Below are positions 18,518 through 29,749 of a stretch of 64,000 nt of DNA, piece after piece (positions within the stretch are counted from its first letter, which is position 1; every line of letters begins with the position of its first letter). The stretch comes from Candidatus Bathyarchaeota archaeon (GTDB taxonomy: Archaea; Thermoproteota; Bathyarchaeia; Bathyarchaeales; Bathycorpusculaceae). The stretch is taken from contig CAWFFH010000006.1 in the NCBI GenBank assembly GCA_963815095.1, positions 128,001-192,000 of the forward strand. Direction: 5' to 3'. A model generated the notes under the pieces. That model saw only the letters and a program-made list of their open reading frames with translations, had not been told where the DNA came from and ran no database searches. The position numbers and the translations under genes are program-made.

Positions 18518-19882
18518 TTATTCGGCGTTTCCTTGTTTGGATAACCAAACAATTTCATACCTGAAAGCCCACAATAGGACAGACAAAACAATAACGTAGC
18601 CCAAATATTGAAGAACCATAAGTGGACTGCCAACGGTTAATGGTGTTGGATTCAGAAAAGCATATCCATAGTTCACTTGTGGCTCCACTCTATATTGCAA
18701 GTAATCGTGTGTGGAAAGCTCATTTGTATAATACATGCTTGAAATCAAAGATGCAACAACCAGAATTATCGCCGCTGAAGCCGACAAATAAAACAGTATT
18801 TTTTTCGAATTCACCTTCTCTTTTGCTGAATTAACCATTAAAAAGCCCTTGGCTACGAGTGAAGCTGCTAACAAAACAAAGAAAGGCAAAGTTTGGTAGC
18901 AATATTTTATGGCGCTAAAATAAGGCACATTAAGTTTGAACCCTGCACCCAAAATAACGTTAACGCCTAAAATAAGAACTATTGATACTAAAAGTATCCC
19001 TTCAAAAACAACTTTTTTAGAAAAATATTTTTTAAGCGAGAAACCCAAAAGCAAGGAAAACGTGACTGCAACTAAAAAGTAGAGCCCTAACCCATAATTT
19101 AACAGAAAATTGGTAACAAAAAAAGGTGAAGTAACAACGCCTGTGCTTGCGGGAACCACATCTGTAAGGTCGTTGTGACGAAAAATGGTCAGTATTGAAA
19201 CACTACGAATAATTTGATACCACAAGAAAGCAAACATGAGCGACGGTATTGAAAATGCAGCTAATCGGGTTGGAATGTGATTTAATTTCGGTCGAGAATA
19301 AATGTAATACAAAAGTAATGGAATGAGCACGAACGCAGCATATAACTTTGTTAAAAGAGCAGCGGCAAAAACCACTCCCGTGACTAATGCGAATTTTCCT
19401 GAGCCGTTGCGGATGGCCAAAATACCGACATAAAGGCAAATAATACTAAAGAAAAGGCATTGTGCATCAAGCAGGAAGCTTCGGGAAAGTACAAGTTGCC
19501 ATGGGTTTAAACCAAAAAGTGCGGCTGCAAAAAACCCAGCTGACTTGCCATACAATTCTTTGGCAATCAAGTAAATTGCAACGGTGGATGCGAGCCCAAA
19601 AAGAGTCATTAAGGCTGTGCCGGTGTTGGCTGACATCCCGAAAATTTTCAAGAATAATGCTTCAATGTAGAATCCAAGCGGTGGCTGGTCTATTGCTGTG
19701 CCATAAGCTTTCACGTAAGGAATACCTGTTTTAACTACGTTTGATGCGGCTTCAAATTCTAATTGTGTGTCATAGCTCTGGTAGGGACCAATTGAGAAAG
19801 CGACTAATGCAACGCCCACTAGAATGATAAGAAGGGGGACGACTTCAATTACTAATTTTTTGATCCTAACTTTATTGAGCAA
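18518..19882 (-). CDS. GT39/PMT_2-like (ArnT-type) membrane glycosyltransferase
   Basis: DQPPLGFY, AAALFGLNP, SRSFLLD, AALLTK; about 12 TM helices. Confidence 0.8.
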   Translation of the reverse strand: MLNKVRIKKLVIEVVPLLIILVGVALVAFSIGPYQSYDTQLEFEAASNVVKTGIPYVKAYGTAIDQPPLGFYIEALFLKIFGMSANTGTALMTLFGLASTVAIYLIAKELYGKSAGFFAAALFGLNPWQLVLSRSFLLDAQCLFFSIICLYVGILAIRNGSGKFALVTGVVFAAALLTKLYAAFVLIPLLLYYIYSRPKLNHIPTRLAAFSIPSLMFAFLWYQIIRSVSILTIFRHNDLTDVVPASTGVVTSPFFVTNFLLNYGLGLYFLVAVTFSLLLGFSLKKYFSKKVVFEGILLVSIVLILGVNVILGAGFKLNVPYFSAIKYCYQTLPFFVLLAASLVAKGFLMVNSAKEKVNSKKILFYLSASAAIILVVASLISSMYYTNELSTHDYLQYRVEPQVNYGYAFLNPTPLTVGSPLMVLQYLGYVIVLSVLLWAFRYEIVWLSKQGNAE

Positions 19883-20025
19883 TTTACCCCACTTTTCCAG
19901 CCATAAATACGCTAACTTTACTTGCTATCTCCTTGGAAGATAACATAAAATTTGCGCATTTCCCCAAGCGGCCACCAAGCAAGATTAAAATAAGAACACT
20001 TCTCCCAACTATAGGGTGGTTAGCC

Positions 20026-21066
20026 ATGCCTTATAATGAACTCAGAAAAGATTACTTACTTAACCGATGGGTAGTAATTGCCACCGAACGCAGTCGCCGA
20101 CCCATCGACTTCGCTAAACCCAAACCTGAAGCCGCCAAAACCGCAACATGCCCCATGTGTGTTGGCAACGAAAACATGACACCACCAGCCTTAATGCTGT
20201 ACCTCAAAGAAAACGGAACAGTAAAGAAAAGCCAAGATCCGTTAATAGGTGAGCGACCCAAAAACTGGATTGTTCGCGTAATCCCAAACCTCTACCCAGC
20301 CTTCAGTCCACCTAAACAGCCTGAGGACGAAAAACAAATCACAAAAAACGATTATTTGTGGAATGCAATTGGTCATCACGAAGTTATTGTTGAATCTCCA
20401 AACCATGATGAAGACCTAGCCAACGCAGAGTTGCCCCAGTTGGAACTGGTCATAAACGCCTACGTTGAGCGGCTCAAAGAATTAAGCGCCAAACCGTATG
20501 TTAAGTACGTGTCGATTTTTCGCAATCATGGCTTGGAAGCTGGAGCATCTTTGTCTCATGCACACAGCCAAATCATTGCCTCTCCTATAGTTCCGCCAAT
20601 AATCCAAGAGGAACAGAAAGCCAGCAAAGAATTCTATGATGATTTTGGCAAATGTGTGTTCTGTGACATTATTGAGGGGGAATCAAAGGGTCCAAGGATG
20701 GTTTCTGAAGAGGGAGATTTTGTTGTTTTGGCCCCTTATGCAAGCATCAACCCGATGGAGTTCTGGATATTTCCCAAAAAGCATTCCCCAAACATCCTAA
20801 ACTTAACTACCTCTGAGATTAGTGCGTTTGCGAAAACTCTCAAAGACAGCCTCAAAGCTCTAAAAGATCTCGTCAACGACCCCCCATACAACTACGGCAT
20901 CCACCTATCCCTAAGCCCCCAAAACCAAGACAGCTACCACTGGCACCTGGAAGTTTACCCTAAACTTGCAACTTGGGCAGGCTTTGAGAAAAGCACAGGA
21001 TGCTACATCAATACAGTGACACCAGAAACCGCCGCCAACAGCTTAAGACTCACTATGAAACTTTAA
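20026..21066 (+). CDS. galT: Galactose-1-phosphate uridylyltransferase (GalT family)
   Basis: ELRKD, CPMC, RVIPNLYPAF, HEVIVESP, GASLSHAHSQ (HxHxQ), HWHLE, AGFE. Confidence 0.9.
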   Translation: MPYNELRKDYLLNRWVVIATERSRRPIDFAKPKPEAAKTATCPMCVGNENMTPPALMLYLKENGTVKKSQDPLIGERPKNWIVRVIPNLYPAFSPPKQPEDEKQITKNDYLWNAIGHHEVIVESPNHDEDLANAELPQLELVINAYVERLKELSAKPYVKYVSIFRNHGLEAGASLSHAHSQIIASPIVPPIIQEEQKASKEFYDDFGKCVFCDIIEGESKGPRMVSEEGDFVVLAPYASINPMEFWIFPKKHSPNILNLTTSEISAFAKTLKDSLKALKDLVNDPPYNYGIHLSLSPQNQDSYHWHLEVYPKLATWAGFEKSTGCYINTVTPETAANSLRLTMKL

Positions 21067-23135
21067 ATTCCCAAAATTTCTTTTGAGTATTTCGATTTAA
21101 CCTGCAAGATATCTTCTACGTACGCTCTCAATGGTTCGGCTACGCTCCATGCTTGGGCTATACAACCACGGGGTTCATTCGGGGGGTCGCAATCGTAAAT
21201 TTCGTTCATTGTTCCTAAGCCGCCCTGGTGGATTCCAGTAGTGAATAAGGGCAGAACTAAATTTTCTAATGTTTGCTGCCTTGCCTGTATTGAGTAATCG
21301 TTGACTTTGAGGTATGCTGTCACGTAGGGACCTAAAAGCCAAGGCCAAATTGTGCCGTTATGATAAGCCATATCCCTGCTTCTACTGTCACCCATACATT
21401 TTCCAACAAACTTGGGGTCACTAACCGATAAAGTCTTCAATCCATAGGGCGTAACAAGCTCGCGGTTCACTACATCTATTACTTTTCGGCATTTTTCTCC
21501 CTCAAGAACAGGGTATTCGAGCGAGACAGCGAATATTTGGTTGGGACGAATAGATTCATCCGCTTTATCGTCAATAACGTCGAAGAGACAGTTTTCTTTT
21601 GGGTTCCAGAATTTTTGGTTGAAGCTTTGGCGGGCTTGGTTTGCCATGGCACCATATTTTTCAGCCAAAGTTTGAACATCAAATTTGTTTGCGAAGAGTT
21701 CCATGGTTCGGAGGGTGTTGTACCATAATGATTGGATTTCTACGGCTTTTCCTGTTCTGGGAGTAATTACGTCGTTTCCTACTTTGGCATCCATCCATGT
21801 GAGTCTTGGACCATGCATAAGTAAACCGTCATTGTCCACGTGGATGCCAAATAGGGTGCCTTTTTGGTGATTCTCAACTATATCCTGAAGTTTCTCCCAC
21901 AACGCCTCTTTAACAAACTCAAAGTCGCCAGTGTATTTGACGTATTGAAGCACAGCATTAACATACCATAAAGTGGCATCAACCGTATCATAAACTGGAA
22001 TTCCTGACTTATCGGAAATAAAATTAGGAATCAACCCACTTTTGCAATACTGTATATAGGTTTGCAGAATGTCTTTGGCAGCATCGCATTTTCCAGTTAC
22101 CAGCATTAGCCCCGGAAGTGAAATGAAAGTGTCTCTACCCCAAGTCTCAAACCAGTGATATCCAGCGATTACTGCTTTTCCGCCAGCACCATTTTCTACC
22201 ATGAAAGAGTCGGCAGCGAGCAAAATCCAGTTTAGCCAATCACTCGTAGGAACGTCAGGTTGGTCGCGGTGAAAATTTGAGAGCAACTCTTCTTTTTGAT
22301 TTAGCTCTTGGTTGAAAGAATTTTTTACTCCGCTAATTATTGTTCCAATCGAATTGGAAATCGCGTTGGCTTGTTGGGTTTCATGGCTTACGGCACATGT
22401 TATTGCAAATTCTTTCTCCATATTTGGGGGTATTTGGACTTCAAAGTATCCTGGTTGGAAACAATCATCTACGTTGGTTTCACCTCGCAGCGCCTCGTCG
22501 CGATAGTGAATGTGGTTTACCCAATTTACTGCTTCTTTGAATTCTCCGTCGGTTGAGCGGCAAATGATTGTGGCTTGTGGACGCTGAAAAACAACTTGGA
22601 ACTGAGCACCCGCGCTATTTAAGGTAAAATTCAAAGGTATTTGTGATTGGTAGATTACGGTGTGGTAGTATCTGCATGTTAGAAGCGGATAAAGTCGAGC
22701 CGTGGCGTCTGAATTGTTCTGGTTTGTTATCCTGTATTTTACTATGACAGCGTTCTTGTTTTTTTGCATAAAAATGGTTTTGTTAACCTGCACATTGCCC
22801 AAATCATAGTTGTAGTTGGGAAAGGGGTTTATTGAAAAATCCTTTATCAGTTTGTAACCTTCAGGATAAATAACGTCGTGGAACTCGTTAGCGCCTAAAC
22901 GAAAAACGCCATCGCCCACCAACATATCTTCGTCGAGTTTTGAGAGGCAAACCGTTCGGTTTCCCGGCGGATCCAACGCAGCAACAAGCAACCCATGATA
23001 CTTTCGTGTATTAATCCCGGGAACGCTTGAGGACGCGTAACTGCCCAAACCATTGGTTATCAGCCACTCCTTCTCAAGAAGATTGCTAAAACGAGAGAAG
23101 GCTTCTTTTTGAAAAGTTATGGCGGGCAAATTCAT
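21063..23135 (-). CDS. Glycogen debranching enzyme (amylo-alpha-1,6-glucosidase, GH133-like)
   Basis: EWLITNGLGSY, RKYHGLL, AGYHWFETWGRDTFISLPG, TWMDA, RPNQ, YHNGTIWPW, QAWSVAE. Confidence 0.95.
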   Translation of the reverse strand: MNLPAITFQKEAFSRFSNLLEKEWLITNGLGSYASSSVPGINTRKYHGLLVAALDPPGNRTVCLSKLDEDMLVGDGVFRLGANEFHDVIYPEGYKLIKDFSINPFPNYNYDLGNVQVNKTIFMQKNKNAVIVKYRITNQNNSDATARLYPLLTCRYYHTVIYQSQIPLNFTLNSAGAQFQVVFQRPQATIICRSTDGEFKEAVNWVNHIHYRDEALRGETNVDDCFQPGYFEVQIPPNMEKEFAITCAVSHETQQANAISNSIGTIISGVKNSFNQELNQKEELLSNFHRDQPDVPTSDWLNWILLAADSFMVENGAGGKAVIAGYHWFETWGRDTFISLPGLMLVTGKCDAAKDILQTYIQYCKSGLIPNFISDKSGIPVYDTVDATLWYVNAVLQYVKYTGDFEFVKEALWEKLQDIVENHQKGTLFGIHVDNDGLLMHGPRLTWMDAKVGNDVITPRTGKAVEIQSLWYNTLRTMELFANKFDVQTLAEKYGAMANQARQSFNQKFWNPKENCLFDVIDDKADESIRPNQIFAVSLEYPVLEGEKCRKVIDVVNRELVTPYGLKTLSVSDPKFVGKCMGDSRSRDMAYHNGTIWPWLLGPYVTAYLKVNDYSIQARQQTLENLVLPLFTTGIHQGGLGTMNEIYDCDPPNEPRGCIAQAWSVAEPLRAYVEDILQVKSKYSKEILGI

Positions 23136-24016
23136 TACGGCATCAGCTTTGCTATGTTCTTATCGCGTGGAACACAGAAATAGTTTGCGACGGGCACACA
23201 TTTGGTGCGGAACATTAGCAAATGGGGCTTGGTTAGTTTGTATTCGGTAAGCGTTTCAGCGTATCCCATACCTTTGGCGAAGACGAGTTCTGCGTCATCG
23301 TAGACTTTTAGAAATTCAGCGGAGGCTTCCTTTTTCTGTAACCCCACCGCGTCACAGCCTGTAGTTATTACTTCGTCTGCAAGCTTGTCGATGTTCGAAA
23401 TCTCAACATCTTCCATGGTAGCATCGTTAATTACAGGTGCACCTTTAACGACATAGGTGACTTTTAACCCCATGTTTTTGAGTTGCTCAACCAACAGCGA
23501 ATCAAAAACGATTTCTCCGGCGTTATCCGCCAAAAATAGAACACTATTCGCTTTCTTGGCTAACTCATAAGCCTTGTCAATATCATCAATAGCCAAGTCT
23601 TTGGCAGCTTCTCTAATGGCGCCCGCCATATTTTTCAAAGTAAACTTGTGCCCAGGAATATCAAACTCCATAATGTTCCCCACAATGGCACATAAGCAGG
23701 CTTTTTTGAATCGTTCCTGTTGATTAATTCCTGATTCGACATATTTTTTTGCGTGAGGACGCATTTTGAGTGCTTTTTCGTTGGCGAGTTTTTTATTATA
23801 TTTGTAAGGGTCGCTGTTGCTTGTTAATTGGCGTATTATGCGGTCTCTCTTTGTCCCAATATCTGCTGCTACCGATGTAGACTTGAACTCTCGGTTGAGT
23901 AGTTTAACGATTTCAGCTAAGCATCTAAAACGCAATGCAGGGTTAGTTGTGGCTTGGTAAGTTTGTACTTGTGACCGTGAAAGCAGGCACGATTCACATT
24001 CAGGTTCAACCTTCAA
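23135..24016 (-). CDS. ARMT1/DUF89 family metal-dependent phosphatase
   Basis: ECESC, DPY, GNIMEF, DNAGEIVFD, PVINDAT, KGMGYAETL. Confidence 0.9.
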   Translation of the reverse strand: MKVEPECESCLLSRSQVQTYQATTNPALRFRCLAEIVKLLNREFKSTSVAADIGTKRDRIIRQLTSNSDPYKYNKKLANEKALKMRPHAKKYVESGINQQERFKKACLCAIVGNIMEFDIPGHKFTLKNMAGAIREAAKDLAIDDIDKAYELAKKANSVLFLADNAGEIVFDSLLVEQLKNMGLKVTYVVKGAPVINDATMEDVEISNIDKLADEVITTGCDAVGLQKKEASAEFLKVYDDAELVFAKGMGYAETLTEYKLTKPHLLMFRTKCVPVANYFCVPRDKNIAKLMP

Positions 24017-24030
24017 GGATTTTCACGTGC

Positions 24031-24747
<717 letters not shown>

Positions 24748-24788
24748 TTAATAATTGTTTGCCTTTCAAAAAAGAATTGGCAGGTGGA

Positions 24789-26483
24789 CTAAGAGGCTTT
24801 TTTGGCGACAGGTTTCACGTGTAGGGCAGCTTTTTTGGCTGCTTGTTCAGTTAACATACCAATTAACTGACCATTCTTTACCATGGCTGCTCGCTTGAAA
24901 TCTTTTTCACCCATAATTTTCATGGCAGTAATCATTGACTCGTTACCTTCCAAAATGATGAGAGGCGTGTAATCGATGTCTTTTGCAAGAGTCTTCAGCG
25001 GGTCTTTCCGTGCATCAACAATTTCTCTTAGTAGTTCTCGGTCGTTAATTACGCCGATGGGTTTGTGGTTTTCAGTAATCAAAACTGAAGTAACATTATT
25101 CTGCAGCATCTTACCCACGGTCTTAGCCACACTCTCAGTTGTTGCAATTTCCACTGTTGGAAGCTTTGTACCTGCTTGACTGCTAATTTCAGTTATGTCA
25201 ATGCCGCGTTTCCAGATATCATCTAGCATTTCGCTGACCCTTTCAATTTGGCTGGGGTCGCTGGAGTAGAAGGTGTCAGCTAAGTAGAAGGCAGATTCGG
25301 TGCCTAAATCGCTTAGAGGTGGCATCTTGAACATAAACAGGTGTTTATCGTCAACCAACATCATTGTTAGGTAGCTGATTGGGACGTGTTTGACTTCGTA
25401 GTCCTTTGCTAGTTTCTGTGCGGGTTCGAGGTTGTCTAAGTCGATGGATGCCATTATGCGGGTGTTTAAGCCTTTTTTAAAGTATTTTATGATGGGGTCG
25501 CCTTCGGCTAGTCGGTTAATGCCCTGTGAAGAAGTAATTACAATGATGTCTTTTTTGGCTGAATCAAGAATCTTGGAAATTTTGTTCCATGCTTCCTCGA
25601 CGCCTTTTATGACGAGGGTTTCGCCAATGGGGATTCCGCTCTTAAGTTCCTCGATTCGTCTTGAAGCGTCAACTCCGCTCTGCCACATCTGCACAAAAAA
25701 CGCTTTCAAAACGGAAATGAACATTTTGTCGTTTATCCATAAACCTTCATCCTCCAAGTTTAGAACTGACGCTTCGTTTCCGAAGGGCGCGTAGAGGATG
25801 GCTTCTTCTTCGTCTTTGATAAGGAAGCGGGGGAAAAACTTTGAGCTCATGTTAACGTGGCGAAGTTTAATGTTAAGTTTATCTTCAGCAATTTCTCGAT
25901 CGATTCTCTCTACAACTTTGAGGTTCTCTGAGGCAATCTCCGTTATAATTTGAGTCTGCACTTTACTATCTTCAGGTGGACTAAGGACCGCATCGAAGAT
26001 TCCTGCAACGTCTTCTTGAATTAATCCCAGAGCAGTCGTTAAAACGATAACTTCAGATTTTGATTCCTCAATCATGTTGATCATTTTTGAGTGAATCTTT
26101 TTCTTGCCTGTGATGATTGAGAATTTAGCAACAGGATATTCTGATTCGGGTGCGCTAATTGATCCCCATGCTGTTAAAAGGCTTTGTTTCTGGTCGTTGA
26201 GGGTAACAACCTCAGTTTTTTTGGTGTTAATGAAATTATCAACTAAGTTTTCAAAGGGAACAATTGTGAACCGGGTTGGACGCTCAAGGGTTGCTTCGAT
26301 AAAACCTTTTTCTTGCAGTTTCTTGAAGGTGCGGTAAGCTTGGACCCGTTCCATCTTTAGGCGTTTAGCTACGAAGCTGGTTGATTGGACGCCGCTTTTG
26401 GCAAGGAACATGTAAACTTGAATTTCTCTTTTTGATAAAAGTAACAGTTGCAAAAATTTAGTTACGTCTTTTTCACTCATCAA
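24789..26483 (-). CDS. TrmB-family transcriptional regulator with two effector-binding domains and a C-terminal CBS pair
   Basis: N-terminal TrmB HTH (RVQAYRTFKKLQEKGFIE...RPTRF); two PLD-like effector repeats; C-terminal CBS motifs (PIGVINDRELL, LIGMLT). Confidence 0.85.
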   Translation of the reverse strand: MMSEKDVTKFLQLLLLSKREIQVYMFLAKSGVQSTSFVAKRLKMERVQAYRTFKKLQEKGFIEATLERPTRFTIVPFENLVDNFINTKKTEVVTLNDQKQSLLTAWGSISAPESEYPVAKFSIITGKKKIHSKMINMIEESKSEVIVLTTALGLIQEDVAGIFDAVLSPPEDSKVQTQIITEIASENLKVVERIDREIAEDKLNIKLRHVNMSSKFFPRFLIKDEEEAILYAPFGNEASVLNLEDEGLWINDKMFISVLKAFFVQMWQSGVDASRRIEELKSGIPIGETLVIKGVEEAWNKISKILDSAKKDIIVITSSQGINRLAEGDPIIKYFKKGLNTRIMASIDLDNLEPAQKLAKDYEVKHVPISYLTMMLVDDKHLFMFKMPPLSDLGTESAFYLADTFYSSDPSQIERVSEMLDDIWKRGIDITEISSQAGTKLPTVEIATTESVAKTVGKMLQNNVTSVLITENHKPIGVINDRELLREIVDARKDPLKTLAKDIDYTPLIILEGNESMITAMKIMGEKDFKRAAMVKNGQLIGMLTEQAAKKAALHVKPVAKKAS

Positions 26484-26579
26484 GTTACCGCCATATAAAA
26501 CCCGTGTTTACTAGTACGGATGGTAGACCATATTTATAAATTGCATCTTTTTGGACACTACAAAACACAATGTTTAACA

Positions 26580-27242
26580 CTAAATTAGCTTCGTCTGTAA
26601 GGTTCCATGTTCACTTTTGGCTTTCTGCGCAGGCTTCCACGCTTTTCTGACAAAGCTTGGGTAATCTCCGTTCGTATCTAAAAGCCATTTTAAGAAAACC
26701 ATAGTTTTGTCATCAGTTAAGTATCCGCTACCAAAATCGCCATATTTCTTTCTTAATTTTTCAATCTCAGCATCCCGCTGTACTTTAGCAATTATTGAAG
26801 CTGCTGAAACTATAGGGTAAGTTCTGTCAGCTTTGTGTTCTGAAACAATTTTGGGTTTGAACCTCAGCAATTCAGCTATGTGGTTTCCGAACCGATGTTC
26901 CAACACATCTGCCGCATCAACGTAAGCTTCGTCAGGTCTTAAAACCTCAATGATTTTTGCCATAGTTTGGGCTTCAAGGCGGTTCAGTTTGTGGAGTGTT
27001 CTGCTGCTGCGAACTACTTTGTCAATTTGGGCAGGTGGAACCTTTATTATATGGTGTTTTTCGGTTAATTTAATTATTTCTGGGAATAGAGATTCCCTTT
27101 TTTTAGCGGTTAGAAGTTTGGAGTCTTTAACTCCCAAATCGATAAGTGACTGCAGATTCTCGGTTCTCACTGCAACGCCAGCAACAACTAACGGACCGAT
27201 AACGCATCCACGCCCAGCTTCGTCAACTCCAGCAACTAACAT
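26580..27242 (-). CDS. rnhB: Ribonuclease HII
   Basis: GVDEAGRG, VKDSK, EHKAD, VSAASIIAKV, GSGY; start taken at ATG 27242. Confidence 0.97.
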   Translation of the reverse strand: MLVAGVDEAGRGCVIGPLVVAGVAVRTENLQSLIDLGVKDSKLLTAKKRESLFPEIIKLTEKHHIIKVPPAQIDKVVRSSRTLHKLNRLEAQTMAKIIEVLRPDEAYVDAADVLEHRFGNHIAELLRFKPKIVSEHKADRTYPIVSAASIIAKVQRDAEIEKLRKKYGDFGSGYLTDDKTMVFLKWLLDTNGDYPSFVRKAWKPAQKAKSEHGTLQTKLI

Positions 27243-27354
27243 CAAAGGTTCTTTCCCTAAACTATGAATGGGTTTGGTTCCTAGGCTATAACGCTTTTCC
27301 AAAAACAACAATTTCAAAGAAAACAAAAACTAGCGCAGATCAATTTAACCTCAA

Positions 27355-28053
27355 TCAAATTCGCTGTGCAACAATCATTGCGTGTGCTTTGTCGTATGGT
27401 TCTAGATCCACGATTTCTTTTACGTCAAAACCCCTGTTTCTTAGTATGGCTGCTTCTTGGCGATAGACTGCATTGGGGTCCATTGTAACGTCGATGCTTT
27501 GGGATTTGCATGCAAGCATAACCCAGCCTTGTGGTTTGAGGAAAACGTCTGCGTTGTCTGCGAGGAGTTTGGCTTGTTCGGGTTGTGCGACATCGCAGTA
27601 GATCGTGTCGACTTTGCCTGAGATGAACATGGCGTACCGCTCGGGCAGGCGTGCATCTTCGAGCATAGGTGAAATGTTGTTTCGGTAAGCCGCGACATTG
27701 TTAACTAAATCTCGAAGAGAGCGCTGCGCAAATTCTACGCAGTAAACGTGTCCGGTGTCACCGACTATGTCTGAGACATGGCTAGGTGTGGTTCCAGAGG
27801 CTGCACCCAAATAAAGAATTTTGAACCCAGGTTCGACAGGTACGTTTTGGACGCCTTTTATGATGGCTCCTGCAAGTTTACTGCGGAACGCATCCCAAAC
27901 TCGGTACTCAACATATTTGAATTTGAAAAGCCGTTCGCCATAAACCCGAAGCCCAGGGGTCAAGTTTTTTGTGGCTAACCGCTGATGACCGTCTTCCAGC
28001 ATTACTTGGTAGATTTCTTCGAATTTAGGGTGTGGTTTAACTTTGAGGTGCAC
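27355..28053 (-). CDS. flpA: Fibrillarin-like rRNA/tRNA 2'-O-methyltransferase
   Basis: VYGE, YRVWDAFRSKL, LYLGAASGTT.SHVSD, DVAQPEQ, LEPYDKAH; GTG start at 28053 is likely. Confidence 0.95.
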   Translation of the reverse strand: MHLKVKPHPKFEEIYQVMLEDGHQRLATKNLTPGLRVYGERLFKFKYVEYRVWDAFRSKLAGAIIKGVQNVPVEPGFKILYLGAASGTTPSHVSDIVGDTGHVYCVEFAQRSLRDLVNNVAAYRNNISPMLEDARLPERYAMFISGKVDTIYCDVAQPEQAKLLADNADVFLKPQGWVMLACKSQSIDVTMDPNAVYRQEAAILRNRGFDVKEIVDLEPYDKAHAMIVAQRI

Positions 28054-29470
28054 GTCGTTCTGGTCCCCGGTTTTGACCGCCACCGCTACCGCTTCCGCCG
28101 CGTCGGTCACCTCTATCGCCGCCACCGTAACTGAAGTTGCGTCCTCCGCCTCCACCGCCGCCTCCGCGATGTGGTGGTCTTGGACCTCTATCGCCGCCAC
28201 CAAAGTTTTTGCCACCGCCCCTGAATCCGCCTCGGTCATCTCTTCGTGGAGGTCGTTGTTCTCTTCGTTCAAATCCCGCTGCTCCTTCGGGACGTGGTTT
28301 AACTTCTTTTGGCGCTGGGGGTTCTTTGTATTTTACGTGGATTTCTTCTATGCGTTTGTTAATGTCCTCTTTTAATTTGTCTCCGATATAGTGTCCTGCT
28401 CCGAAAGCGTCAGCTCGAGCTGCAATGGCGAGTTTGCCTGCAATGACCCGGGCGATTTTTCCGCGTTGCCACCTTTTGGCGTCATGAAGCAGGGTGTGTT
28501 GGAAAATTAATCCATGTTTTGGTGGTCGTGCTCCTGTTTTTAGGCTGCGGAAGAGGGCTTTTTCTGCACCTATAACTTGTATAGTGCTTGCTGGTCTCAT
28601 GGCTAAGTTTTGTAGACTTCCTGCCATGGCAATCAAACGTGCCCCCAAAAGGGATCCAGCAACAGCGCGTACGTTTGGCGCGAGTTCCTCCATAGTGTGG
28701 TCAACGTAATCTTCCATGTTCTTGCGCAACAAATAGAAATCCAAAACGTTCTTGGCTAAGTCTTGCACCATTTCCAGGTCGGCTTCTGCCACATCTGCGC
28801 CCATAGATGATTCAGCTGCTTTCGCCATAAGCTGGGTTCGTTCTTTTGGAATGTTCTCTTTTTCCAAATTGTCAATAGTAAAGTTTTCCCTATCACCCAA
28901 GTTCACAACAAGCCTGGAGTACGTTTCGTGTTTTTCGACCAGACGATCAAGCTCTGGGAAGTACACGCCATACCATTCGCGGAGTCTGCCCATAAAGAGG
29001 TTAACGGTTTGATCTAAACTATCGAGTGTTTGGATGCCTTGAGCAACTATTAAGTCACGTTTTCCAGTGGCACCTTTAATCCGTAACTTTGCAAGTTCCA
29101 AACTGACACTGCGGTTCCAAACGCTAAGTTCCTGTTCGTCCTTCGCAAAGCCTACCTCAATCGCTAATTCACCCATCCGCGAATGAAGCACGGCGGTTTC
29201 CGCGGGCTTTGCAACTTCAACTTTGACTTTCATTTTCTTTTGGGCTTCTTCTGCCAACTTGCCGGATTCAAAAACAAAAGTATCGTAACCTACGCTTGCG
29301 AGAAGTGATATTAAGGATGAGACTTGATCGGATAATTTTCCAGACTCAGTTTTTAGCATGCTTTTTGCTGCTGCCACCGCATTTTTTGGAAACAGTGCTT
29401 TTTCTACTAAGCCGTTGTTTTCGTCGAAGGCTGCAACGCCGAAGGGAAATTGAATGATGACTATTTTCAT
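28037..29470 (-). CDS. nop5: C/D box RNP protein Nop5 (Nop56/58) with a Gly/Arg-rich C-terminal tail
   Basis: REWYG..FPEL, SMG, APN, PASTIQVIGAEKALF, PPKHGLIFQH, GKIAR. Confidence 0.95.
   Translation of the reverse strand: MKIVIIQFPFGVAAFDENNGLVEKALFPKNAVAAAKSMLKTESGKLSDQVSSLISLLASVGYDTFVFESGKLAEEAQKKMKVKVEVAKPAETAVLHSRMGELAIEVGFAKDEQELSVWNRSVSLELAKLRIKGATGKRDLIVAQGIQTLDSLDQTVNLFMGRLREWYGVYFPELDRLVEKHETYSRLVVNLGDRENFTIDNLEKENIPKERTQLMAKAAESSMGADVAEADLEMVQDLAKNVLDFYLLRKNMEDYVDHTMEELAPNVRAVAGSLLGARLIAMAGSLQNLAMRPASTIQVIGAEKALFRSLKTGARPPKHGLIFQHTLLHDAKRWQRGKIARVIAGKLAIAARADAFGAGHYIGDKLKEDINKRIEEIHVKYKEPPAPKEVKPRPEGAAGFERREQRPPRRDDRGGFRGGGKNFGGGDRGPRPPHRGGGGGGGGRNFSYGGGDRGDRRGGSGSGGGQNRGPERRAPQS
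28075..28235 (-). repeat. Low-complexity GGC/GGA-rich repeat encoding the RGG/poly-Gly tail of Nop5
   Basis: Repeated ccgcc/ccacc units; GGGDRG occurs twice. Confidence 0.7.
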
Positions 29471-29749
29471 GTTATTTGGCCCCGATAAACTATGCATTGT
29501 AACTGCATTGTCTTTATAAATAGTTTCGTTGCCCGCAATCCAAAAGAACCGTTTTTTTTAATTTATATGCCTTGAGATGCCAGAAAACTATGGTTTGTTC
29601 TGGTTTTATTTTTGTTTTTTAGGAGGTTTGCTTATATTTTTCAAAAAAGTTAATACACAGCCTATAAATTAGTTGAAAACAAGGAAGGAAATCAAATCGA
29701 AGCTTCCAAAACAAATTCAAAAATTACTAAATTAAAGAGCGGTAAAATA

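Noticed and set aside
28054-28272. 73-aa Ala/Glu/Val-rich N-terminal extension of fibrillarin in the ORF track
   Set aside because: It is the alternative-frame read of Nop5's GC-rich RGG tail; fibrillarin homology begins near GTG 28053.
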